DNA of 64,000 bases from Phoronis australis (lineage: Eukaryota > Animalia > Phoronida), in the NCBI GenBank assembly GCA_002633005.1, contig NMRA01000874.1:47913-111912 (forward strand), given 5' to 3'. The first letter of the stretch is position 1; the number at the start of each line of letters is the position of its first letter. Made by a program: the position numbers and the translations under genes. Positions 41,192 to 54,319 of the stretch are shown one piece after another. Under the pieces are notes generated by a model, which saw only the letters and a program-made list of their open reading frames with translations, made no database searches and was not told where the DNA came from.

Positions 41192-41818
41192 ACATGCATA
41201 GTCTCAGTCATTAAATTGTGAATATGCAAATGAAGTACTAACTTACAAACAAGCCCGTGTCCCCCAGTGTGCCGGAAACCATTCGAGAACCAGTTACCAT
41301 TACAATCACGCGAAAGTCTCATTTTGCGAGACCAACTTTATGTAAATGAGTATGGTAATATTTAATCATGGCGGACACCTGATGCAGGCCATTGACAATT
41401 GAGGTCTGCCTACTCGGCCGACACTCCTCGGTGACCACAACTAAAGCATTCTTTCTGCAATTTCATTTTGCAGTCACCTTGGACAATATTTAATATCATG
41501 CCATTTTGTGTCTCTCAGGTAGTGAAAATTCTGAGGACGACACGGCCAATCCCTGGGAACCCTCCACAGCATTATCGTAACCCGGAAACAAAGCCCAGAT
41601 CTTATTATTCGTTTATTTCACTATCAAATAACGGTTGCGTAATATTTGGAATTACTTGGACTTTTTATGTTCACACTTGTTTTGTTTTCTTTAAGGCCAC
41701 AATTTATTTACAATTTTTTCTTTACCTGATTATACTTGTACACGCAGTTCTCCAGGAAGTCACTAAGCGGCGCTTGCTGCAAATTTGAATATTCACGGTT
41801 TTAAAAGACAGAACATCT
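41192..41818. mobile_element. Kolobok-like non-autonomous element, family A copy 2
   Basis: Inverted homologue of 8881-9320 (e.g. AGTTCTCCAGGAAGTCACTA vs TAGTGACTTCCTGGAGAACT) with ~200 extra nt at ~41370-41570. Confidence 0.7.
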
Positions 41819-44800
41819 TTGTGTTTTGAATCACAGGCGTCATTAGCGTCTTTCGATTATAAAACCACTGGCTGTTACCCGTGCGTTCGCACGGTAGTAT
41901 GGTAAAAGCCGAGCGCAAATAGCTACATTGTACACCTTCAAGTGAACATTAGTGTCCATCGCAAGAAACCGGAATATTTCTTGAAGAGACCGTTTTATTT
42001 CAAAGCTTCATGCAGAACTTCTGTCAGATTTATAAGCAGGGAGTGCGGTTGCGGGAGTCTTTCGGCACCAGGCAGTACAAATTTCTTTCCAGAAAATTTG
42101 ACCTTGCCGTAACATCATGTGCGGTGATCTGCTATTCTTTAAAGTGAAAACTACGGAAGCGTTTAAATTAAAATACTCTTATATTCAAATTAAGGATATA
42201 GTATTTACAAAAATCAGAAAATAAATGTACATACTCCGGTAGAAAGCCAGCTAGCTCTATAAATTAAGACTATAGTCAACTGACAGCTAGGTAGCTGTGT
42301 GTTGAGCTCTGTCAAAGACACCGAAATTTGACACAACCCGGATAGCTCAGCTCGTCCTACTAAAAAGTTCGCGACTGATCTTTCGGGAGATGACAGCTTC
42401 GTAGCAGCAAAATTTGTTCTGAAATAGGGTTTGCAGTGGTATTTAATTAAGATACTTAAAACTTGAAACGAAATGAAACTAGTTCCGATTGTTATGACAT
42501 GCACGTAACCTCGCGGAAGAGAAGAGCAGTTGATTGAAGAATCGGGGAAATTGGCCAATATGTGACGCAATATTTCATGGCGCCGAAAGCCGACCCAAAA
42601 GAGTGCATCACAATTTTAGTAGCAGACTAATGGTACAACGCCAATTTTTCCAACACCAGGAAATAATTTAGTTTACTCAACGAAGGGTGTATCTTTCAAT
42701 GACATCGTTAATTTTGGAAGTGACAGGCCCGATGAATTTTATACGCGACGGAAGCCGGAGGGAGTGAAATTAAGCCCACGGACTGACGTCACCCAGATCG
42801 TTTTGCCGACGGACCGATGTCACCAAGGCCAGTACGAAACTGGTCATCCTCCCTCTGCGTTTACAAAAAAAAAAAAAACGGCCCGAGAGACAAAAATAAA
42901 ACACCTCGAATCTAAATAGGGGGCCGGTGCACTACCTGGGACCCGAACGGGCGCAACGAAGGTCTGTAGTTGAGCGTGAGAGACGGAGTTTATGTGAACT
43001 ATGCGTTTTATATAATAGATTCTGTCCAATAGGCCAATTTCAACACGTTTCATTCCGACTGTGACTCAAGCGAAAGTTGGCTAGCATTGACCCACCTCTG
43101 CGTTACAATGACAAAATTTGTATAATTTCAGTTCCACAACAAAACGAGAAGTAAGGTAAGTATTTACTTCAGACTTTAAAACTTGCGCGCCCTCATTAGA
43201 TGGTACAATCGAGAGGCGTATTTTTAACCACATCTTAAAATGAAGATAATAAGACAAAGTGATTAAAGCGATTACTATTCACCGCATACCCAATTAACAC
43301 GTGCAGAAGTTTCTGCGACGATTTACGTTCTCAATAGGTATTTTTTAATTAGACCGAGGTTCGCCTCAACTCCGTCGCGGTTTGACTTGTGACGAGTTCT
43401 TATAAACCGAAACATAAACTGTGGTACTTTCGGAAAAGGTCTGTAAACAATACAACAGGATTATAACTGAGTGGTAAACTTTATGTCACATGACCTGTCA
43501 TGGCTCAACTTGAATACTGCACATAGCCTGGTCTTCTGAACGAGAGACGAAATTTAAAACTCCGCGCATGATTAATGTGGTCGGAGCAGAACACTTGGTA
43601 ACCACACATACGCGGTATAATGACCAAATATCTTGCGAGGGAATAAACGTGATCAAACGTATAGACCACAATGAGCCGTCTGATGTGGCTAATACAGAAC
43701 TTTGAACAGAGTTGTTGAATTTTGTCTGCCACATATTGGTTGTCACATTTACAGGACAGGGGCCCGTTTCAAGAAACCTGCTTAGGTTCAGTTTTTACTT
43801 AATTCGTCTCAACTTCCAAACTTTGAAACTTCCACATCCAGTAAGACAGTCAAAATTAAGAAAAAAATAACTCAAAAACTTATGTCAAGTCTTTAAACTG
43901 TTTTGGAACAAATCTAAGTTTTATCTTAAAATTGAATGGAATTTAAGATTTGTCTTAGCTAAGTCACTTTCCTTGGAATGTCGAAGTCCCTAGCCAAAGC
44001 GATCGCCACGTGAAACTGCGCCAATATTCGAATCTGTGGGCGCATACATGCGAAACACTTGAGCGTACAGGCAGATCTTAAAGGGGAAGGTAATGAGCTA
44101 TCTCCTACATTAAAAACTGACACGATATCAACTTTAAGGTTCAATCGTTCATGCAAAGAATTGTACGATGACATTTGGCTTACCTCAAAATCCAACTGCT
44201 GCCTGGTGTTTTGGTAATTGGCCCAATTATGTTGCACACTTAGCAGAATTAATTAGGTACTATTATTGCAACACTGAGTAAACGTTTTAGGTGATAAAAG
44301 TCACATTTGTTGACCAACTTTCAAAAACCTAATCACGTGTACTTTTCACGAACTATCCGGTACAAACTTTCAAAACGAAAACTTGAAAATACTATTGTCG
44401 CCTCTGATGTGTTTATGATGGTCTCATTATCTAGAAAACGACAACATCAGTAGCCTGGGGGTGATTTAGTTAACCACAACAGCATGTTGTCTTTGATCTG
44501 AACCGGCAAATTCTGTGGTGCACGAGTTACCCAGTCTGGACTAGTTTGGATGTCAACGTAGGAAAATCAAAAAACGAAACCAGACATCCAAAAGTTTTTG
44601 AGTAGCGCTCACGATGAACGGTCGATCGCGGGACGAGAACAAAAATTCATTCCGACTGGCTGCCGCAAGCATTGTACCGATAATGCAATAGATGTAGAAA
44701 GGTATACAACACTCAACTTATCAAGATCTTGGCAATGTCTTGCTAATTTCCTCGAATTTAAGGTGAGAACTTATTCGATGAGGATCTCGGAATTTTTCCG

Positions 44801-46781
44801 GATACTGTAATCAAAGCACCAGTAAATTAAGTGGGGAATTCGCAATGAGAAGTATGCGAACTATACGACTGAATAGCTCAACATCACCCAAACCAGGTGT
44901 TTTAAACTTCAAGCCTAAATTAGCGCTCCATGCATAATCCAGCGCTTAACATGGCCATGAAAATGTCAGTTATTTGGCTCCCTTTGTACTAACTCGCAAA
45001 AGTCGCGGTTGTTTGTAGAGACACCTGTGAGCACAAATGGTACTGACAGGTGCAGTAAGCCAACCATCTGTGTACTTGCGGTATTTCAAGTGTGCGAGAT
45101 TCAAGTGTTTGCACTAATGGATATTCCACAAGTTTTAGCTCAAATGGTGACTATTACAGGGTGCAGGGTTGGTGAGACTATTATGCAACTTTGTGTCACA
45201 CTAAAATGATTATTATGATCAAAATTAGACAGCTCGATCGATGACGTCCTGGGGCATCTCTGTAGCAGGTGCAAACCGGAGCAGGAAGTAACTTTCCGAC
45301 ATATTCTTTACGAAAAGGTGCCTTTTACAAATCACTGTCTGCAAAAGGATCACTCTGAGATTTGCCCAAAAGTGGCGTAATGGTAGCAGAGCAAACCTCG
45401 CCAGAGAGATGCTCAATTATGGAAGTTCCTCTTACGAGGGGCTCACTATTTTGTGCCCAGTATGTAAAAGGACGGTATCATGAGTTTTTTACAGTGATTT
45501 TCGTCAAAATTAATCGATTATCTACCACCCCGATGCTTTTGTGTCCAGACACATCCAGGTTGGCCCTCAGTAGCCCCATTTCTGTTGTTCAGGTTTACCG
45601 CGGTTGCATTTGATTGACCAGAGAACGCTACTGGCGGCCCTTACAACCACATAATTCACACTAGGTGGAGTGATAGTAGAATTAACCGTAAATTGCTTGT
45701 GGGATGATTGTTTGTGATGGATCCTAGTGCAAGCCTCAGTAATAACTTGAAGGCTTGGTCCCATGGTCAATATGATTGTGGGAAATGCCATTTAAGATTA
45801 CTTAGAAGTCAAAATCGTAAATATACTAAACGTGTACTTTTCTGCATTGGTTTGAAGTGATGTCGGGTTTACCCGTTGGAGGCTCGGGTCAGTTTCTCAG
45901 TTAAAAGGATTGTTACAGCTGGTATCATCTGTGTTGATACGGTTTGCTAGCTTGTGTATAGATGTCGTTATAGTTGTCGATTACCACATAGCTGCTTAAG
46001 ACCAATTTTACAACATGTCTTAATTGTTAATTTACTCGTTTAAGAGACCGTGCTCAACAGTCTGCACCCATTTGGAAACACATCTTACGAAACAACCGAC
46101 TTCTAAGAGTTCTTCGAAAACCGAATAAACACACGTTTGCCTTTTTATTCAAACATTTTTACATTAAAAAGGCAACCGTGCTCCATCCTGTAATCGAAAC
46201 GTTTCAAATTCTAGGTGTGTCAAGAACCCAGTGTGAGAAATGTAACTGTCGTAAAGAGAATAAATTGGGAGTTTATTAAAATTTGCAGTACTTGCACCTG
46301 ATATTCTCGAAGACTACAACCAGAAATGTACCAATAATCCACAGTAAATATTTTCAAGCGTTGTTTAAGGTAAAGAAAAAGAGTAGTTTTACTACCTCAG
46401 TTAGTGTTGAGGTGGAGTTGAAACTATAACAAGTCGTCATAGTTCTCGAAATGGAAGTAGAATTCTCCAAAGACAGAATCACTACGCTCCTACGGGATCC
46501 TTCTCTGGTCGGATTTTGCCTGTAACTGAAATGAAATACCCTTTGCGTATGAAAAACTATCTACTATTTCATGATAGAGGGACCATTTCTTGGAGGGCCA
46601 CCGATAATGGAACCAAATGTCATTTTTAAGGTACTCTTTCGGATTCCTTCTCGAAGGGGGGGGGGGGGNCACGTCTCCTGTGAGGGAATTTGGAGAAAAA
46701 TCACGCCAAGGACTCAACTCTGATCTCTGGCCCCCTTAAAATAAATGCGCTCACAATAATTGACAAATAGCTATCTGACAA

Positions 46782-47427
46782 GGAGGCACTGAACAGTTCT
46801 CACAGGGATTTGCCTATCAGAACACACGTCAATGGACTCTTCACCCTTTCTTCACTCTGTCAAAAACTGCATGCAAATAAAGAAAAGTTTCGAGTCATTT
46901 CACATCACAAGCCCTACAGATGAGCACAGAAACTTTGTTCTCTCTTGTATTTTTGACCCTTTCACTCCCAGTGGAAACCAAGCTAGACTAAGAAAAATAA
47001 GGACAAAAAATGCTAAATCGGCACTTTTCACCCCAAAACCACCACTTCCCTGCCGATGCTCGACTAAAGCCAACATAAGATTCCGAAAGAAAATTTCCTA
47101 CCGATTCCAAAAATGTAGTCCAAAAGTACTGTCAGCCAACTAGTTTTTTTGCAAATCAGGCTTGTTTGAGGGCTCCCTGAAATCGCGGCCAATTTCTCAG
47201 TTACACAACTGCAACAGGGGGCCACCATCTTGAAGAAGAGTGCAGCTACAGCCAAGAAAGTGGCCTTTTTAATTTTCAGTATGTTCACAAATACAAACAA
47301 ACCAAATTCACTAGGCCTACATACAATACATAACTAAAAAATGCCTCCAAACCTGGCCTACCCCTAGATTTTAATATTTTGGCAGTGCAAAATGGTCGCG
47401 GCCGCAGTCTAACTGTTCAGTGCCACC
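46782..47427. mobile_element. MITE with 17-bp TIR and apparent 3-bp TSD
   Basis: CAA|GGAGGCACTGAACAGTT ... AACTGTTCAGTGCCACC|CAA; superfamily not assigned. Confidence 0.6.
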
Positions 47428-47489
47428 CAAGATTGATTCTAACGATACATTGTCATGTGTGATCGCACCTGAATCTGAGGCCGCCAGCA

Positions 47490-47598
47490 CAGTATGAGTA
47501 AAGCAAACTAGTGAGGCAAGTGACGCCAGTATGAGTGAGGCAAACTAGTGAGGCAAGTGACGCCAGTATGAGTGAGGCAAACTAGTGAGGCAAGTGAC
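47490..47598. repeat. 37-nt tandem repeat, 3 copies
   Basis: Unit CAGTATGAGTGAGGCAAACTAGTGAGGCAAGTGACGC. Confidence 0.9.
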
Positions 47599-49698
47599 CT
47601 CCTAAAATATTTCCAAGTGCATTTTAGAATAAAATTGAATACCACGATACCTACTAATTCTAAACAGCTACGACTTATATCAATTGTATCTTAATCGGAC
47701 TGGCTGCTGCTTGCTTGAAGTCGCCATGTTGTTTTGTTTATATCAAAGGTCACATTTTTCGTAAGAGAAATGTTCTACGTCTTTGTCTTCCCATACCAGT
47801 TTAGGAGAGGTGCTTTGCCTTGTGTGAGAATAATAGACGAAGAGACGAGAAGTTGACATCGTTTTTAAATGCTTTGTCATCAACAAGAATTTTTAAATTT
47901 TGACGAAGAAAATAGAAACAATACCTGGTGAACAGGTTGAATTCTGTTTTAGTTGCAGAGAACCACTCTAAATAATGCAATTTATTCCATTTTATCGTCG
48001 CAGGACTTTTTAAATGCAACTTTTTTCGAGAACACGGTGAGAAACTTATTCTCGTTCAACACTTAAACTGAGAGAAAAAAAGTATCATTTTGTGTTATTT
48101 CAGGTATTCTTGTTCACGTATTGAGGAAATTAATCATGGAAGATTCTCGATATCAACCATTGATGATTGCCTTCTTAGGTGGTTTGTCGTCGCTACGTAT
48201 TTCAAAAGCTAGTTATATATACATGTACGACTTGTAAATGGCCGGGTGGCTAGCAAAGTGACACCTCTTTGTCTTCCGGAAAAGCATTTCTGAATAAAAG
48301 AGTTTCAAGTAATCGTCGGAGACTCCTTGACAGGATCAGGTAGGTTGTTCTACAGTTTTGGTTTACAGACACAAGCACTGGTCACACGACTCCTGACACC
48401 TGGTGGTTGTTCAGATAACAAATGGTTTTGTTCCAATTTCATATGCTCATATCGTTTTCTTAAATAAAAAATAGTAATAGCATGTTTTTCTCGTGGTGTT
48501 TGCTAAAAAGTGCAATCCGTACCCCCTTGATCCTTCCGTAAGCAAGCACGTGCTCCACATGCTGTTATTGAACCACGTAAGGTAACTCCTAACGTTTCAC
48601 ATAGTGACATTTTGCTGTGGTGCAGTTGGCAGTCGGGTGTGTTGAATCAACAGGTAGATTTTAACCAACAATAGCCAAAGCAATCAAACTTAAGTCGTTG
48701 TCCCAGACTATCAAATGTATTGTCAACTAAGTGATGGTTTTATGATAGGTTATTAAAATGGGGACCGAGTAAGCAAACGAAATATATTGTACGCACCAAC
48801 TCGATCACCTTAGTCGAGCTCATTTAGCCAGTATTGATGAGTCAAGGTGTCTTCGGTAAGTAGTTGTTTTACCATTGTACTGTTCGGTGTTCCGTTGTTA
48901 ATTCACATTTATCGGTTTGTGAAACGTTATGAAGATGGTAAGATTTATTAGCCTTCTAGTTCTTACACGTCGCATCACGTTACCTGGTCGGATAGTATAA
49001 CGTGTCCAAATTTTGAGAACTAGTTTTCTCCACTGAATAACAAAATCGGCAAAAACCGGAGACCGGATTCGAATTGACTGACAAGTCAACTTAGATCCAG
49101 TTCGAATTTAAAATTTGCGACTTAGTCTTACCTGATTAGTGCTGCAAACTTCGGAACACTCCTTACCCTAGAATTAATGACCTTCAATTGCTGTATCACT
49201 GCACCTGATCAACTTCTTCTCCCTAGGTTACTGTATCTCATCGTTCCGGTATAGACGAAAGAATTGGGAACCGTGATTTATTGAAAAAATGTGGCATGGT
49301 TGAGTCAAAATAATTATTTTGAAATTGTTTGGCATCATCATCTAATTCTATATTAAATGAGAAACGTTCATACTTTTAAATAATGAATGATTAGGTTTAA
49401 ATGATACATTTCAGACACTTAATAATTTTCAGTTGTTAAATGATAACGAAGCAATTTGTACCCAATTTCAGGGATTGCTTCATTTGCAACTAAATGTTAA
49501 CTTGAATGACGAATGATTTAATTCATCAATGAATTATTTGTTGATAATTTAGCAGAGAAATAATCATTCAAGCCAAATTGTGTGTCCTCTCCATCTTACT
49601 GAACGTCTCATCAATTCATCACTAAAATTAAGAAGAACGTCACACTTTCTCAAGTCAAATCCTTTTATTCGTTTTTCAGTGTGTACATGCTGTGACGC

Positions 49699-49863
49699 CA
49701 GTGGTGTAGTGGCAAAATTAGAAGTAAGTAGGCGCTCAATCCCACCGCATCATCTTGAGCACTGAATGTAACTTACGGTGCGTAGGCGCTATGTTCAAAT
49801 GCCAAAAGTTGGTTGGCTGTGCCTACGTGCGCCTACTTGCACCTACGCCCCACTACAGCACTG
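49699..49863. mobile_element. Small hAT-like MITE
   Basis: CAGTGGTGTAGTGG ... CCACTACAGCACTG (13/14 TIR); no clear TSD. Confidence 0.5.
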
Positions 49864-52800
49864 TTCACTGCTCCGAAAATATCTAAAATTTCAGACTCAG
49901 GAGCAATTTTTATACTTTTACATGCAAAAATAAATGATTCTTCGGTTAATAGATGCACCTATAATGAAAAGAACGCCCGGGTACTGAAACACTTTGTTTG
50001 GATTTAATGTACAGTAGACAATGACCACCGTCTAGCTGGCTAGTACAACTAGAGACGGTGGTCACTGTCTAAATTCATTTTCAATGTGCATGCAAAATTG
50101 CCCGCATGTCTTAACACGGAAAATGAGTATACATTTGCATTTTTAAAACTGAGAATATAAAGTAGAAATACTAATGAATTATCAACCACGATACATTCAT
50201 CAAATCCACGTCAAGATCGCATCGCAGCATGACTGAAATGTTTAGGGACGCTGCGCCTCAGTCTCACCCAAGGAACCTCGCCGAGTTGAATCTGAATGTA
50301 GTTAGTATGGCACCCTGTCCGTGCCAGTCTTCACGAAGTCAGGGAGTCCCATTCATCAGTCTTTTCAAATGTAAAACCGTCGTTGGTCGCCTCAGCCCTG
50401 ACCTCATGGGTGGCGCAGCAATGAAATAAGTGGAGGCTATAGCCTTCCAGCCCCCTATGGTACGTAGCCCATGGACCCAGGCCCCAGCTGTTGTCCCTGC
50501 ATGCTTTGGAATGAGTCGTGAGCAGACAATCAAAGTAGTGAACTGTCGAGTCTGATTTTGGAATTGGGGAAATTCGAAGTAGTGAATTTTCGAAGGTAGC
50601 GAACCTTCAGAGCCATAATGAGCCTTCAGAGATGTGGATATTCGGCATACATGTAGTGCCATATAACCTTGGAAATCTTTTTCATCAAGTTTGTTGCTCG
50701 TATGAAGTCTGCGGGACTGTGCCATGGGCGGCGCACCATAGGGGGCTGGGGGGGGCTATAGCTCCCACTTTTTTCAGTGCTACGCTGCACGTGGTCTATA
50801 GGCGGTACACCACAGGAGGGCTGAGGGGTCTTTAGCCCCTCCACTTTTTTCAGTGTTGCGCCGCCCAGGTGTGCACCATGGACACTGATTGACAAGAGAA
50901 GACTTTCTTTATTGACCAAAGTTGAGGTCTAGGCCTTCTTTTCCCTGAAGTGACGGGATTTTCTCAGAGCAAGAAAATAAATAAAACACGGTAGTTGAAT
51001 GTCTATTTTTTAGCACGGCGTTAGACTGCCTACAGTCAACGTGTACTGAATTTAAAAGAAAGGAAACGCACACACGTGTACACGCATGCACGTCAATCCA
51101 CCAATCCACAATCAGAGTGGACACTGGATGAACAACATATTTGCATATTTGACGATCACGATCAATTCAAAACTTGAAAATACCTGCACTTTACAGTACT
51201 ATGCTAGCAATTAAACCAAAATAGCAGAAAAAAATCTCAAATTACGGCTGTTCTGTTTCTTGGCCGATTTTAAGGCATTCACATCGCACTACTTTTTGGA
51301 AGCTCTCTCGTTGCTATAGCTTACTTAGGTCATAGGGCAAGACATCTATGCCTACAGTAGGTATAGCTTCACTTTTGCATTCCCTTATTACCCTTTGGTG
51401 TTGCCACCACGTGCATTCAATGCTTATCAAGCCTCCTCTTGTCGTCTGCACAATATCTTGTCATCTACGAACACCACTCGGGCGAAGTTGGCCGGGTACC
51501 GCCCGATGCCATGTGAAGCGCGCTTTGAATCAGACTGAGCAATTTCAAAATTATTACTNACCCCCCCCCCCCCCCCCGGCTACAGGCCTGCTTACAATAA
51601 CTACAGATATTGGATATGTCAGTGAACTCTCTACGTAGTTGGTGATGTCGTGCATCATAATTGTCAATGCTTCTTATGTTTTATTCTCTTATCACGCTGT
51701 TTATTTTCTTTATAGGTAGCAGTTTATCTTTCGCCGCTGTGATTTGGTTTCTTTTAGTGAGCCGGTTCATTCCAGTGGTTACATCATCGACTATAGATAG
51801 GAACTGCCAACTCCCGTCAGAGCGCGTTGAGCATGTTGCGGACCAAGGGATATAAGCACTGACAATGAGAGGGCGCTGCAAACGCAGGATAGAAAGCTTC
51901 CGGTTTTACGGTGCAGCCGTTCACTCGTTTCAAGATTTGGCAAAGTAAATAGTCGAATTGCTCAATTTTCGAAATTTTTAAGAAGTGAAAAAATAAAATG
52001 CGTATATTGTTCTCCGTCATGTCATTTAAAAACATTCACAAGATAATTCGGCCATGCTATGAGTTATTAGCGCCAGAAACGTCTTCAGTATAACGTTGAA
52101 CTTACCGCGTAGCCGCGTTTACACTTTCAGTCGCATCAGCTCATTTTTCGAAGCAAGTAGTATTAGTGTTTAATTCAATACCGTACGAATCAACTCATAA
52201 ACATAAGCACAATTATTAACCGACAAAAACGAATTTGTAACAATTTTAACAATAAATATTTGTGTAATTAAGGAGCAGCTTTGTTCCAGGGGGAAGGACC
52301 ACAGGCTAACATTCAGACATATCATTTGCAAAACCCGAGTGTCAAAACTTGCTGTCACTATTACAATAGGCCAAAATTACATTGTAACGCAACTTCTAAA
52401 CATAGTTATGATTCTGCAAAATTGGTTCAATGCACGACACTTGTCACTGTTTTAACTGTTTTAACAATATTTATTCCATTCCGTTCGTATCCTCGGAACA
52501 AAGCCCGACACTCAACAGAACATTGTTAAAGCAAATGTCCAAGAGACATGATTAAAAGACATACCAGTATTTCGAAACATACTTGTTTCATTCTCAAGTT
52601 GAAATAAAATGAGGCAGTCACCACAGAGCCAAAGCTCAGTGGGATACAGCAGATGTGAAATACTGCAAAGACTGAAAAAGGAGGGGCAAGGGTAATAAGA
52701 ATGTCGTTCAAACAAATGCAGCGTGACCCTGTTTGCCGTTCATTTAAAACAGTCTTCTCGAATGCTACCAAAAGTGATTCCAATACTTTCGATCGCAACA

Positions 52801-53072
52801 CATTGTGCTCTACATCGAATCGACGTGTTCTCTGGTTTTTTGACAGGTGTTACTTGTGATTATGAAGGTAGGCATGCTCATAAGACCTAATGTTCATTTC
52901 TCTCTCAGTGTCTGAACATGCTCTTAATAAAAAGGGTAGATTGTAAATATCACAAATATTAAAAAACGGACGATCGCCTCACAAATAAAAAAGTTCACAT
53001 GTTCTTTCAACGTTTCGTCTATTAGACATCATCAGGATTATTATATACAAAAGACAGCAAGTGCCAACATAC

Positions 53073-54319
53073 AGCTCAGGTAACATCCACGAAGTGAAGT
53101 AAGAGACACAGGGAATAGTAAGTTGCTGGTCATCACCATAGTGCAGGGTCACTGAGCTCATCACCATAGTGCAGGGTCACTGAGGTCATCACCATAGTGC
53201 AGGGTCACTGAGCTCATCACCATAGTGCAGGATCACTGAGGTCATCACCATAGTGCAGGGTCACTGAGGTCATCACCATAGTGCAGGGTCACTGAGCCCT
53301 GCATGTTATTCAGAGAATCAGCAGCATGCTGGTCCTGAATGGCCAATGACTCTTTAATGTACAGTAATTCCTTTGTATGATCTCTACACAAATAAATAGA
53401 ATATTTTGTAAGGTAACATGGAACTAAGACTTTTATTTGCAATTTGAATTTGTGAAAATGAACTCTTCCCCCAGGATTTTTAAAGAAATGAGCTAATTTT
53501 CAGTATCGCACTCAACGAGAATATTCACTTGCCATAATAGAATCAGTTCCAATATTGAGTTGTGGAGAGATAACCTGCGATTGAATTAAAGAAGTCAAAA
53601 TTTGAAAGGACCTAACTGGTATTGTCTTTAGGGTTTTATGACTGAAATGTTGGACGCCAACAGATATTCAATGTTCGCAAGGAAACGTGTACAGTGCAAT
53701 TTTTTTAAATTAATTTTTTTGGACTTTATACACAGTGAAGGGAATACAGTTTTAAGTGTTATAATTTTGCTTGCAGATGAAAAACAATTATATTATAACA
53801 TGAAGTAAAACCACCGACTGAAACAAAATACCACAAAATTTGAAATCAGAGAACATGAGAGGGAAAGACCGGAATACTTAAATTTTCCTCAGGTATTGAT
53901 AAGTGTTCTGATATCAGATATTTTACATGTACTCTGATTGAAATATAATGCCTAGTTACTTAGGGAAAGCCAGCATCTCATTCCTTCGTGAGATATGTGC
54001 AGAGTTAGGACTGAAAGCAGATAAAAAAGTCACTTGCACCTTGCAACACTGTCATTACTGTTCGACTGGCTATGTGGCGGTGATCCAGGAAAGAAATTAC
54101 CCCCTGGATATCTGTCTTGACTATTTTTACCTGAACGACACAGAGTTTGTTTTGTGTTAGAAAGCATAATAATGCTCTGTTTGTTACATTTGACCACAGA
54201 GCATCCATTTGACCACAGAGCATCTATTTCTATTAAAGCATAATAGTTTGTCAGAGTGAAATTTGCACTTGCTACCAATAGACTTTGTTTCCGAAATGAC
54301 ACCAAATCCCGTGATGACA
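53073..54319 (-). pseudogene. Possible three-exon fragment of an unidentified gene, broken by a tandem expansion
   Basis: Phase-compatible AG/GT-bounded blocks 54319-54276, 54130-54040, 53383-53073; the last is an open 171-nt exon once the 28-nt repeat is collapsed to one copy. Confidence 0.35.
53131..53297. repeat. 28-nt tandem repeat, 6 copies
   Basis: Unit CATCACCATAGTGCAGGGTCACTGAG(C/G)T. Confidence 0.95.

Noticed and set aside
25800-52900. Many 60-130-aa ORFs in the gene-poor region
   Set aside because: Lengths expected by chance, many with non-ATG starts, no recognisable domains apart from the LINE relic at 34.7-35.1 kb.
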